Of a stretch of DNA of 59,481 bases, positions 40,678-49,675 are shown piece by piece. Location: positions 1 through 59,481 of the forward strand of contig JAHAAN010000014.1 in assembly GCA_018376855.1 (NCBI GenBank), written 5' to 3'. The DNA is from Clostridiales bacterium (GTDB lineage Bacteria > Bacillota > Clostridia > Christensenellales > QALW01). Numbering within the stretch: the stretch's first letter is position 1; each line of letters begins with the position of its first letter. The position numbers were made by a program, and so were the translations under genes. A model generated the notes under the pieces. It searched no databases and was not told the DNA's origin. It worked only from the letters and a program-made list of their open reading frames with translations.

Positions 40678-41412
40678 CTATTCCGCCTCAAGCGCCTGCA
40701 AAAACGCCAGCAGCTCATTCCAGCTGCCGCGCCCGTCGCACCGCTCCGGCAAGTGGTTTTTATTGATCGCATAATCCGTCAAATAAAACGCGCGCATTCC
40801 CGCCTTTACGGCGGAAAGGTCGTCCGAAGCGTCGTTTCCCACCATCACGCATTCCTCCGCACACACGCCAAGCTGCTCCGCCACCTCCAGATAATACCCA
40901 ACATGGGGCTTTGTATAAGCATGATGCGCATAATCCGTGATAAATTCATACAACTCCGAAGGGATCTCCGCCCAATCCACGCGCATTCTTGCAACCTGCT
41001 GCGGAAAAAACGGATTCGTGGCAACCGCCGTCTTCAGCCCTTTCTGCCTGCAAATGCGCAGCGCCTCCGCCGCACGGGGCTCCACGCTGCAAAGCGCCTT
41101 AAATTTCGGGTATTCCCTGTTATAATAAGCATCCAGCTCACGCTCAAATTCATCGGCATTAAGGCTTGTATAACGCGCAAAAGGCGCAAAAAACACATCC
41201 TTATTGAGCCTTCCCGGATGCAGCGCCGCCGTTGCGGCGGTTGCCTGCATAATCAGCCCAAGCGCTCCCGGAATGTTCATATGCTTCTCCATATAAAAAG
41301 CAATATCCGGAATGTATGCCGCACCGAAAGCATCGGTATCCGTCGGGAGCAGCGTGCCGTCAAGATCAAATAATACCGCCTTTACGCTCACTTTGTTTCC
41401 TCGCTTTGCCAT
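40678..41412 (-). CDS. HAD-superfamily hydrolase
   Basis: Motif I VLFDLDGTLL and motif IV-like MVGNDASDD. Start taken at ATG 41412. Confidence 0.75.
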   Translation of the reverse strand: MAKRGNKVSVKAVLFDLDGTLLPTDTDAFGAAYIPDIAFYMEKHMNIPGALGLIMQATAATAALHPGRLNKDVFFAPFARYTSLNADEFERELDAYYNREYPKFKALCSVEPRAAEALRICRQKGLKTAVATNPFFPQQVARMRVDWAEIPSELYEFITDYAHHAYTKPHVGYYLEVAEQLGVCAEECVMVGNDASDDLSAVKAGMRAFYLTDYAINKNHLPERCDGRGSWNELLAFLQALEAE

Positions 41413-42776
41413 TTCTCTCTGAGACGATCCGCCCAGCCCGACTTCTCCTCCTGCCGTGCGCGGGCAATGCACAGCGCGCCGCCCTCAACGGATTTGGTTA
41501 CGGTGGAGCCGGCCGCGATATATGCGCCGGAGGAAAGCGTAACCGGCGCAACAATGTTGGAATTCGAGCCCACAAACACACGGTCGCCTACGCTCGTGCG
41601 GAACTTATGCTTGCCGTCGTAATTAACAAACACCACTCCGCAGCCGATATTGCAGCCCTCTCCGATCTCCGCATCGCCCACATAGGAAAGATGGCTGACC
41701 TTGCTTCCGTTTCCGATCACAGCATTTTTAATCTCCACAAAATCCCCGATGCGCGCGCCTTCTCCGATTTTGGCCTTCGGGCGCAGATAGGCGTTCGGCC
41801 CCACCGTGGTACGGCTGCCCACCGAACAGGAAAGCAGCGTGGAAGAAGAAACCGTTACACCGTCTCCGAGCACAGCGTTTTCCAAACGGTTCCCGCTGTG
41901 AAGCATGCAATTTTTCCCAATGCGCGTGCCGGATGCAAGATAATTATTCGGGTAGATCACCGTATCGCTGCCGATCTCTACCCCCGCCTCTATGTAGATT
42001 GTATCCGGATCAACCAGCGTTACGCCTTCGCGCATGTGCATTTCATTGATTCGCCGCTGCATCAGCTTCTGCGCATGCGCGAGCTGAACGCGGTCGTTGA
42101 TCCCCATTGCCTCCGTCTCGTCATCCATGCAGAAGGCGTCCACGCGCTTTCCCTCCTGCTTGAGAATTTCCAGCGTGTCCGTCAAATAATATTCACCCTG
42201 TGCATTGTTGGGGCGAAGCTGTGTCAGCGCCCGCCGCAGTTCGGAAAGCTCAAAGCAATATACGGAGGTATTCACCTCTTTGATTTTCTTCTGTTCCTCT
42301 GTAGCGTCTTTTTGTTCCACAATGGCGCGCACCGTTCCGTCAATATCGCGCACAATGCGCCCGTAACCCGCTGGGTTCGCCACGCTTGCGCTCAACACAC
42401 AGGCGCTCAGCCCATCCGCTTCCGCCTTTTCCATCAGCGCGCGGAGTGTTTTCCCGCTGATAAGCGGCATATCGCCCGCGCAGATTACGCAGTAGCCATG
42501 CTCGTTTTCCAGCGCAGGCATGGCCATCATTGCCGCATGCCCCGTGCCGAGCCGCTGCTCCTGCACAGCAAATTCGCACTTTCCTTCAAGTCGCGCCATA
42601 ACCGCCTCCTTGCCGTTGCCGACAACCGTTACCGTGCGTTCTATTCCCGCATCCGCACAGGCCGCCAGCACATGCTCAACCAGCGCCCGCCCGCACACCT
42701 CATGCAGCACCTTCGGCAGCTCCGATTTCATCCGTGTTCCCTGACCGGCAGCCAAAATCACCGCACAATTTTTCAT
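41388..42776 (-). CDS. glmU: Bifunctional UDP-N-acetylglucosamine diphosphorylase / glucosamine-1-phosphate N-acetyltransferase
   Basis: ILAAGQGTRMKS N-terminus and C-terminal left-handed beta-helix hexapeptide repeats. 462 aa. Confidence 0.95.
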   Translation of the reverse strand: MKNCAVILAAGQGTRMKSELPKVLHEVCGRALVEHVLAACADAGIERTVTVVGNGKEAVMARLEGKCEFAVQEQRLGTGHAAMMAMPALENEHGYCVICAGDMPLISGKTLRALMEKAEADGLSACVLSASVANPAGYGRIVRDIDGTVRAIVEQKDATEEQKKIKEVNTSVYCFELSELRRALTQLRPNNAQGEYYLTDTLEILKQEGKRVDAFCMDDETEAMGINDRVQLAHAQKLMQRRINEMHMREGVTLVDPDTIYIEAGVEIGSDTVIYPNNYLASGTRIGKNCMLHSGNRLENAVLGDGVTVSSSTLLSCSVGSRTTVGPNAYLRPKAKIGEGARIGDFVEIKNAVIGNGSKVSHLSYVGDAEIGEGCNIGCGVVFVNYDGKHKFRTSVGDRVFVGSNSNIVAPVTLSSGAYIAAGSTVTKSVEGGALCIARARQEEKSGWADRLREKWQSEETK

Positions 42777-42924
42777 GTTTCTTCATTCCTTTCACGCCGC
42801 TGCATAAAACAGCGATTTTCTCTCTTTTATCCTATTCAGAAATATGTATACTGTTTATATTATAACCGCAAGCGGCCTTCCGCGCAAGAGCAAAAGCTTA
42901 CGAGAGAAAAATCCCTCCGTCCAC

Positions 42925-42957
42925 AAAAAATCGGCGCGCATTTGCTGCACGCCGATT
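42925..42957 (-). terminator. Intrinsic terminator ending the peptide/ABC operon
   Basis: Hairpin aatcggcg / cgccgatt followed by TTTTTT on the minus strand. Confidence 0.6.
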
Positions 42958-42966
42958 TGCCTGTTG

Positions 42967-43695
42967 TTATTCCGAAGTTTTTAACCGCCTCCACAACTCC
43001 TCCTGCAAACTGGTATAGGCTTCAAATGCCTGTTCCTCCATAATACAGTCATAGTCTGCCATGTCCCGAAAGGCAACCCGCTCTCCCTGCTCCGGAGCAT
43101 AATTTTGAATCTTCCAGTCTATCCGAAACTGCGACGAATTCGGCTCGGTAAGAAGAAAGGTTCGTTTCTCCTGCTCGCTGTACCGATATCCTTCCGGCTT
43201 CCGGTATAGCTTCAGGCACACTAAATACTGCCGCCCGCTCCGCATGGGGATATTCACGGAATCCAACCCCACATGCTTGCTTATAATTACATGATGCGCT
43301 ATGGAACGTTCATACAATTCTTCGTTGCTCAGGTTCGTATCAAGAAAAAAGACCATCGTCGGCTCATAGATCCAAATCTCCTCGCCTGCCTGGATATTCT
43401 CATATGGCTTGAAAACATGCCGCACGGTAAAACGCGAAAGCATTTCACTTTTTGTTCTTCTCCGTTCTCCCGACGCCTCCACGATAAACACCGCGTCGGA
43501 ATCGTTTAAAAGCTCCGCTGCATCGGCAAACTTCACTTCATTCCGCCCATAGCCCACATAATAATCCGCCAGCAGCTCGTCGCTGAGAATCGGAGTCTCC
43601 TTCAGCAGGCATCGGTAAATAACCGCAAACGCAATGCCGGTAACAAAAAACACCGCGGCTAAAACAAGGCAAACCACCTTTTTCCCCATTACCAT
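42967..43695 (-). CDS. Single-pass membrane-anchored protein of unknown function (last gene of the ABC operon)
   Basis: N-terminal TM segment VVCLVLAAVFFVTGIAFAVIY and a soluble domain of about 200 aa. I recognise no family. Overlaps the ATPase gene end by 7 nt. Confidence 0.6.
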   Translation of the reverse strand: MVMGKKVVCLVLAAVFFVTGIAFAVIYRCLLKETPILSDELLADYYVGYGRNEVKFADAAELLNDSDAVFIVEASGERRRTKSEMLSRFTVRHVFKPYENIQAGEEIWIYEPTMVFFLDTNLSNEELYERSIAHHVIISKHVGLDSVNIPMRSGRQYLVCLKLYRKPEGYRYSEQEKRTFLLTEPNSSQFRIDWKIQNYAPEQGERVAFRDMADYDCIMEEQAFEAYTSLQEELWRRLKTSE

Positions 43696-44342
43696 TCCTC
43701 CTTAGAAACTTCCGCACAGCGGCCGTCCCGAACGTGATACACCTTATCGCACAGGTCTTTCACGTCCTCTTTCTGATGTGTGGCGATCAAACAGGTCGCC
43801 CCGCGCTGCTTCTGCTGCTTCAAAACCGCTCGGAAGCTTTCCACCGCGTCGTCATCCAGCTCGTTCGTCGGCTCGTCCAGAATCAACAGCTCCGGTTTTT
43901 CCATAATTGCCTGCGCAAGCGCAAGCTTCTGCCGCATTCCCATGGAAAACGCTTTATATTTTCTTTTATCGTCCGGTTCCAGTCCTACCGCCTCAAGCGC
44001 CTCGTCAATTTCCTTATCGCCGATTACACCGCGTATATCCGCAATAAGCCGAAGGTTCTCCCTCGCCGTAAGATGCTTCCATAAGCCGATATTTTCAATT
44101 ACAATCCCCATACTTTCAGGAAACGCACGCTCTTTTGTCAGGTTCTTGCCGAACACCTCCACATAACCCTCGTCCGGCGCAATCAAGCCTGAAACGGCTC
44201 GAAGAAGCATCGTCTTTCCCGATCCGTTTCTGCCGAAAAATCCGTGCACCAAACCCTTTTCCAGCTCCAGATTCACATGATCCAGCACAGTTTTTCCTTT
44301 CAGCGTTTTGACAATGTCCTTCACAATAATTTTATTCTTCAT
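43689..44342 (-). CDS. ABC transporter ATP-binding protein
   Basis: Walker A GRNGSGKT, signature FSMGMRQKL, Walker B LLILDEP. 217 aa. Confidence 0.9.
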   Translation of the reverse strand: MKNKIIVKDIVKTLKGKTVLDHVNLELEKGLVHGFFGRNGSGKTMLLRAVSGLIAPDEGYVEVFGKNLTKERAFPESMGIVIENIGLWKHLTARENLRLIADIRGVIGDKEIDEALEAVGLEPDDKRKYKAFSMGMRQKLALAQAIMEKPELLILDEPTNELDDDAVESFRAVLKQQKQRGATCLIATHQKEDVKDLCDKVYHVRDGRCAEVSKEEW

Positions 44343-44352
44343 AAAACACCTC

Positions 44353-45132
44353 TCAAGAAAAGAAATCCTTCTTCCGTATCATTCTCACACCCATAAAACA
44401 GACCGCAGCGATTAAAACCAGCTGGTATGCCAACGAAAACACCGCCGTAAAGAAATCCGCTCCGCCCAAAAACAGCTCCGGCATTTTTTCCGCCAACGTT
44501 CCTGTATGCAATACCAAAAGCCCCTGCGCAAAAGGAAGCAGCGCCAGCGCCGTCTTTGCGCCTGCACGTAGCAGCAAACCCGCCGCAAACTGCCCGAAAA
44601 CAAAGGAAGCCCACAAAAGCAGCAACGGAAAAACCGGCTTAAACCGAACGCACAGCACGTTCATCAGCAGAATCAGCGTTGTCTGCCCAAGCGTTCCCGT
44701 AACCAACAGGCAAAGAAGCGTCTGCACAAACAGCCCGAAGCTCTGCACGGGAATTCCGTGCACTGCTCCCGCCGCAGCCGCGGCAAGAATCGCTCCCACT
44801 CCGAAAAGAACGGAACCTCCCACCACCGAAGCCAGCTTTTGCAGCATCCATGTCCTTCTGCTGTAAGAACGGGTAAACAAAAACACCGCAGACTGTTCCA
44901 TATCCTCCTGCACGGCAGAGCCAAACAGCATCAGCTGAAGCAGCATCGGCAGCGCCAAAACAAGCATTTGGTGAATCTCCGGCCCCTCCGGAGACATCAC
45001 GCCGCCGAAGACGCATACCAACAGCTGTTCAACGCATGCAGGGCGATCCTGAACATTGCACAGCGCCAGCAGCACGCCGACTGCCAAGCCCCACAGCGCC
45101 TTACCGTAAAGCCCCCCGTTCCGCCGCGCCAT
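44353..45132 (-). CDS. Polytopic membrane protein, ABC-2-type permease-like
   Basis: About 6 predicted TM helices. The N-terminus LYGKALWGLAVGVLLAL resembles ABC-2 permease starts. Confidence 0.6.
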   Translation of the reverse strand: MARRNGGLYGKALWGLAVGVLLALCNVQDRPACVEQLLVCVFGGVMSPEGPEIHQMLVLALPMLLQLMLFGSAVQEDMEQSAVFLFTRSYSRRTWMLQKLASVVGGSVLFGVGAILAAAAAGAVHGIPVQSFGLFVQTLLCLLVTGTLGQTTLILLMNVLCVRFKPVFPLLLLWASFVFGQFAAGLLLRAGAKTALALLPFAQGLLVLHTGTLAEKMPELFLGGADFFTAVFSLAYQLVLIAAVCFMGVRMIRKKDFFS

Positions 45133-45793
45133 GCCCTGAAATGCACCCGCGCCTCAACGGAACCCCAAAATATGCGCACCCAAACAGCAACGCCCCCTTT
45201 CCCAGTGAAATCAACGCCTGCAAAAGGCTCTCCGCCGCACCGCCTGCCGTAAAAATCCGAAGCATAGGCAAGTAAAACAGTGAAACATTTCCGTCGCTTA
45301 AGTAGGCAGCCAACGCCCAATCCACGCTTAACAGCGCATATGCAGTTAAAAAACCGCGAAAGCTTTTTTCGCTCACCGCGCTTGCAAAGCAGGAGATCAC
45401 GCCGCATATCCAGAAGCTCAACGCCGCGTTTATGCCGCACAGGAGCATCTGCAAAACGCCCGCTCCTGCTTTGCCGAGAAAAAGAAAAACCAAAAACACA
45501 TAAGGAGCCGAAAAAATCAAACTCTCTGCCGCAAGATTTGCCATACGCTTCAAAAAAGCTTTTCTGTCGCTGCCGAAACGAACACAGCAGCAAATTCTCA
45601 TAAAAAAGGAATCATGCCTTCCTATGTAGATTAAATAGCACGGCATCAGAATAAAATGAACGTATTCCGGATACAAAAAGCCCTCGACGCCCCCAAGCGC
45701 TGTAACAGCCGCCGCATAAAGCGCATAAGCCCCAATAATGCCGATAAACTCGCCGAGCGTTACCGCCTGATAATAAAGCCGAAAACGTTTCAT
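45101..45793 (-). CDS. Polytopic membrane protein of unknown function
   Basis: 230 aa with multiple hydrophobic helices. Overlaps the next gene by 32 nt. Confidence 0.55.
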   Translation of the reverse strand: MKRFRLYYQAVTLGEFIGIIGAYALYAAAVTALGGVEGFLYPEYVHFILMPCYLIYIGRHDSFFMRICCCVRFGSDRKAFLKRMANLAAESLIFSAPYVFLVFLFLGKAGAGVLQMLLCGINAALSFWICGVISCFASAVSEKSFRGFLTAYALLSVDWALAAYLSDGNVSLFYLPMLRIFTAGGAAESLLQALISLGKGALLFGCAYFGVPLRRGCISGHGAAERGALR

Positions 45794-45827
45794 GGCCGCT
45801 CTCCTTTTTCAAAATAAAGAAACGCCG

Positions 45828-46697
45828 TTACAGAATATCCCGCTGCTTCTTCCCCGTTTTAATCCAAATCAGAACCGCACTTATGCACAAAGGCAATGCA
45901 AGACCAGCAAAAGGAATTATTAGGTTAACGTTATTAAAAACAGGCGCTACCAAAAAATAATTGGGAATAATCAGCCAATCTAATTTTAAAAATGAAAACG
46001 CAAACACCAAAGCAATATACACAACCGCGGGAAGCAGCAGGTTCACCACCGTATTCTTGCAAAAATGCAGCGAAACAGCGTAAGTAAACAGCGCCAAGCC
46101 CATGCCCCAAAGCCCAAACAACCCGATATGCGCAAGCATATTTAACGCAGGACGGTTCATTTGCAGCTGCGGAAAAAGCGCGCTGTCAAGCATGCTCCAC
46201 AGATTTTTATCATATACATTGTCTGACGAAGTTAACTTCTGCGCCGGCAGCGCAATCACACAAAAAAGATAGTTCAGCAGAAGCGGCAGCACAAATACCA
46301 AAAAACCGCTCAACGCCACCGCGGCCGCCTTGCCCCAATAATACCGCGCATGCCCGCCCTTCGCAATCAGCAGCACGTTGGTTCGGCTCTTCTTTTCTTC
46401 CACATAGGAGAGCGCAGCCGGAACGGCAGCCAGCAGCGGAAACAAAAAGATCAACGCGATCTGCCCGACCATGGACAAATACAGCATGCTGCCCATTTCC
46501 GGCGAATCGGCCAGCTCAAGATAAATTCCCTTTGCTTCCGGAACAATGTCGTATGTAGGATGCTTGTAACCCCTCGTAAACGTTGCGCCCTGGACCTCTG
46601 CAAAAGCCGCCAGCGCCAGCAGGCAGCATACCGCCAGCACGCCCCATACCTCCCAGCGGGAAAAAATCTTTTTCATCTCGTGCCTAAACATCTTCAT
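45828..46697 (-). CDS. Polytopic membrane protein, ABC-2-type permease-like
   Basis: MKMFRHEMKKIFSRWEVWGVLAVCCLLALAAF, a large first external loop and 5 further TM helices. ATG 46697 is preceded by AAAGGAGAA. Confidence 0.6.
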   Translation of the reverse strand: MKMFRHEMKKIFSRWEVWGVLAVCCLLALAAFAEVQGATFTRGYKHPTYDIVPEAKGIYLELADSPEMGSMLYLSMVGQIALIFLFPLLAAVPAALSYVEEKKSRTNVLLIAKGGHARYYWGKAAAVALSGFLVFVLPLLLNYLFCVIALPAQKLTSSDNVYDKNLWSMLDSALFPQLQMNRPALNMLAHIGLFGLWGMGLALFTYAVSLHFCKNTVVNLLLPAVVYIALVFAFSFLKLDWLIIPNYFLVAPVFNNVNLIIPFAGLALPLCISAVLIWIKTGKKQRDIL

Positions 46698-46720
46698 GAT
46701 TTGGCGTTCTCCTTTAGCTT

Positions 46721-46843
46721 TCATAAAAATAAGGCGGAATAATGATTAAATTTATAATCTGTCGAATTTGCAAAAGCCGTTACCGAAGCGGCAAATGCAA
46801 TAAACACAATGGCAAAACCCATCATCTTTTTAAATTTCTTCAT
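46721..46843 (-). CDS. Unlisted 40-aa ORF: signal-peptide-like prepeptide
   Basis: MKKFKKMMGFAIVFIAFAASVTAFA|NSTDYKFNHYSALFL*. AGGAAAGAAG lies 7 nt upstream of the ATG. Its TGA overlaps the ATG of the longer listed ORF (ATGA). First gene after the promoter at 46891-46919. Confidence 0.6.
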   Translation of the reverse strand: MKKFKKMMGFAIVFIAFAASVTAFANSTDYKFNHYSALFL

Positions 46844-46890
46844 TACATTCTTCTTTCCTACGCGCCATCATTATTTCGACATTTTTCCTG

Positions 46891-46919
46891 ATTATACCAT
46901 ACTTTCCATCTTGTTTCAA
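46891..46919 (-). promoter_or_regulatory. Sigma-A promoter of the peptide/ABC operon
   Basis: On the minus strand: TTGAAA (46919-46914), 17-nt spacer, TGgTATAAT (TATAAT at 46896-46891). Confidence 0.6.
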
Positions 46920-47105
46920 GAATGCATTTTATAAATTTAAAAAATTATTTGTTCAACTATTGGAAATCGTTATATCACACTTCTCTCTATTTCAAGCTAC
47001 CTTTAAAAAACCGGCCTGCAAAACATGAAAAAATCTGTTCAATGACGGCAATATGTGGTATAATAACAAAATCAATCATATAACATTTGAAGGGACGGAA
47101 ATCCG

Positions 47106-48773
47106 ATGGCGGAAAACGAAGAAATCAGGCTGAATTTTATTGAGGAAAAAATTGATGCGGATGTAAAAGCGCATGCGGAAGACACAAACTACACCGTTTG
47201 CACGCGCTTTCCTCCGGAACCGAACGGCTATCTGCATATCGGGCATGTAAAAGCCATTTCTATCGATTTCGGCATGAAGGAGCGCTACGGCGGCCGCTGC
47301 AACCTGCGCATGGATGACACCAACCCTGCCAAAGAGGATATGCATTATGTCGAAGCGATCCAGAAGGACGTCCGCTGGCTGGGTTTCGAGTGGGATAACC
47401 TTACTTTCGGCTCGGACTATTACGACCAAACCTATGAATACGCCGTGGAATTAATTAAAAAAGGCCTTGCATATGTTTGCTTTTTAACACCCGATGAGAT
47501 CCGCGAATATCGCGGCACGCTCACAGAGCCGGGCAAGAACAGCCCCTACCGCGAAACCCCCGTTGAAGAAAATCTCCGCCTGTTTGAAAAAATGAAGAAC
47601 GGGGAATTTGCCGACGGCGAATGCGTGCTTCGCGCCAAGATCGACATGCAGTCCCCCAATATCAACATGCGAGATCCGATCATCTATCGCATCGCCCACA
47701 CCTCGCACTACCGCACCGGCGACAAATGGTGTATCTACCCGATGTATGACTTCGCCCACCCGATTCAGGACGCGCTGGAGGGCGTAACGCATTCGCTGTG
47801 CTCGCTGGAGTTTGAAGATCACCGCCCGCTTTACAACTGGGTGGTGGAGCATATCTCCGTGCCCAACAAGCCGCAGCAGATCGAATTTGCACGCATGAAC
47901 ATTACGCGCACGATCATGTCCAAGCGCTATTTAAAAAAGCTGGTGGACAATGCCTCCGTTTCCGGCTGGGACGACCCGCGTATGCCTACGATCGCCGGCC
48001 TGCGCCGCCGGGGCTACACGCCCGCAGCGCTGCGGGATTTCTGTTCACGCATCGGCGTGGCAAAGGTGTTTTCCACCATTGACGCTTCTCTTTTGGAGCA
48101 CTGTGTGCGCGAAGATTTAAACAACGTCGCACTGCGCCGCATGGGTGTTATTGACCCCGTAAAGCTTGTGCTGACCAATTACCCCGAAGATCAAACCGAG
48201 CTGCTGACGCTTGAAAACCACAATGCTGATGAAACAATGGGCACGCGGCAGGTTTCCTTCTCGCGCGAGCTGTATATTGAACGCGAGGATTTCATGCTCG
48301 ATCCGCCCAGCAAATTCTTCCGCCTTGCGCCCGGCCGCGAGGTTCGCTTAAAGGGCGCTTATATCATCAAATGTGAAAATGTTTTGCTGAACGACGACGG
48401 CAGCATCCGCTGCATCGAATGCACTTATGACCCCGAAACGCGCAGCGGCATGCCGGGTGCGGATCGCAAGGTGAAAGGCACCCTGCACTGGGTAAATGCC
48501 CGCGATTGCAGCCCCGCCGAATACCGCCTGTACGATTACCTGCTGGACGACCGCGAAGGGCAGGAGCTTGATTTCACCGAACGCATGAACCCCGATTCTC
48601 TGGTGATCAAACGCGGCTTCTGTGAACGCGCGCTCGCGCATGAGGAAATCGGCACCACCTACCAGCTGGTACGCATGGGTTATTTCCGCAAGGATGAAGA
48701 CTCCACTGCCGAGCTGCCCGTATTTAACCGTGTAGTAGGCCTAAAGGACACTTGGGCCAAATTAAATAAATAA
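47106..48773 (+). CDS. glnS: Glutamine--tRNA ligase
   Basis: HIGH motif region [11 protein letters not shown] and the KMSKS variant IMSKR. 555 aa. Confidence 0.95.
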   Translation: MAENEEIRLNFIEEKIDADVKAHAEDTNYTVCTRFPPEPNGYLHIGHVKAISIDFGMKERYGGRCNLRMDDTNPAKEDMHYVEAIQKDVRWLGFEWDNLTFGSDYYDQTYEYAVELIKKGLAYVCFLTPDEIREYRGTLTEPGKNSPYRETPVEENLRLFEKMKNGEFADGECVLRAKIDMQSPNINMRDPIIYRIAHTSHYRTGDKWCIYPMYDFAHPIQDALEGVTHSLCSLEFEDHRPLYNWVVEHISVPNKPQQIEFARMNITRTIMSKRYLKKLVDNASVSGWDDPRMPTIAGLRRRGYTPAALRDFCSRIGVAKVFSTIDASLLEHCVREDLNNVALRRMGVIDPVKLVLTNYPEDQTELLTLENHNADETMGTRQVSFSRELYIEREDFMLDPPSKFFRLAPGREVRLKGAYIIKCENVLLNDDGSIRCIECTYDPETRSGMPGADRKVKGTLHWVNARDCSPAEYRLYDYLLDDREGQELDFTERMNPDSLVIKRGFCERALAHEEIGTTYQLVRMGYFRKDEDSTAELPVFNRVVGLKDTWAKLNK

Positions 48774-48789
48774 TAAGGAGCACACGACT

Positions 48790-49533
48790 ATGTACATCAA
48801 AACAGGAATTCAGCTTTATACCTGCCGCAATGAATTCTTTGCCGATAAAAAAGCCACATTTGAGCGTCTTGCCAAAATGGGCTATGACGGCGTGGAGTTC
48901 TTTATGGGCTTTGATATGCCCGCCAAAGAGCTGAAAGGGTTGCTGGACGATTACGGTCTTCAACCCTGCGGATGGCACACCGGCCTGCATCTGCTTGAAA
49001 ATGAGCTGATCTATTCCACAATGGAATATCACGCGGCGATTGGAAACCGTTATATCGGCGTAACGCTTCCCCGCGACCTTATGGACACTGCGGAAAAATG
49101 CACACAGCTGAACGAACGCTTTGCAAAAATCGAGCAAACGCTCTCCCAAAACGGCTTTGTGTTTGAATACCACAACCATTGGTGGGAATTTGAACCCATC
49201 GAAACCGGCGAGCTGCCCTATGATTTGATTTTCGGCACAAATCCCAAGATTTGCACACAGCTGGACGTTGGAAACGCTCTCAAAGGAAACGCAAAAGCCT
49301 TTGATTATTTGCGCAAGTATCCGGATCGCTCACCTTGCGTGCATATGAAGCCCTACAGCGCGGCGGACGGCTTTAACTGCGACATCGGCAAAGACGACGT
49401 TGATTGGAAACCGATCGTTGACCACTGCTACGCGCACGGAACCAAGTGGTTTATCTTCGAGCACGAGCAGGCGGATATCGCTATGCAGCGTGCAGAAAGC
49501 TGCCTTGCCGGTTTAAAGGCATTTATGAAATAA
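48790..49533 (+). CDS. Sugar phosphate isomerase/epimerase (xylose-isomerase-like TIM barrel)
   Basis: 247 aa with the overall pattern of the AP-endonuclease-2/xylose-isomerase-like family (YDGVEF..., FEYHNHWWEF, CVHMKPY, FIFEHE). Confidence 0.65.
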   Translation: MYIKTGIQLYTCRNEFFADKKATFERLAKMGYDGVEFFMGFDMPAKELKGLLDDYGLQPCGWHTGLHLLENELIYSTMEYHAAIGNRYIGVTLPRDLMDTAEKCTQLNERFAKIEQTLSQNGFVFEYHNHWWEFEPIETGELPYDLIFGTNPKICTQLDVGNALKGNAKAFDYLRKYPDRSPCVHMKPYSAADGFNCDIGKDDVDWKPIVDHCYAHGTKWFIFEHEQADIAMQRAESCLAGLKAFMK

Positions 49534-49545
49534 ACATAAAAACGC

Positions 49546-49584
49546 AAAGAGCATTCCTTTCAAAGCAAGGAATGCTCTTTTTAT
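49546..49584. terminator. Bidirectional intrinsic terminator
   Basis: 14-nt arms aaagagcattcctt / aaggaatgctcttt followed by a T-run. Confidence 0.75.
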
Positions 49585-49675
49585 CCCCCAAACTGCTTAA
49601 TACGAAAAAACTGATGATGGCAAAAGTCCGCTTTAGTTCTTGCGAAATCTATCGTATGCGCGAATAATCTGTGTT

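Noticed and set aside
46721-46843. The 40-aa peptide read as an AgrD-type cyclic autoinducer precursor.
   Set aside because: No AgrB-like gene is adjacent, the peptide has no Cys, and there is no acidic C-terminal recognition tail. The N-terminus looks like a Sec signal peptide with an AXA site rather than the AgrD amphipathic helix.
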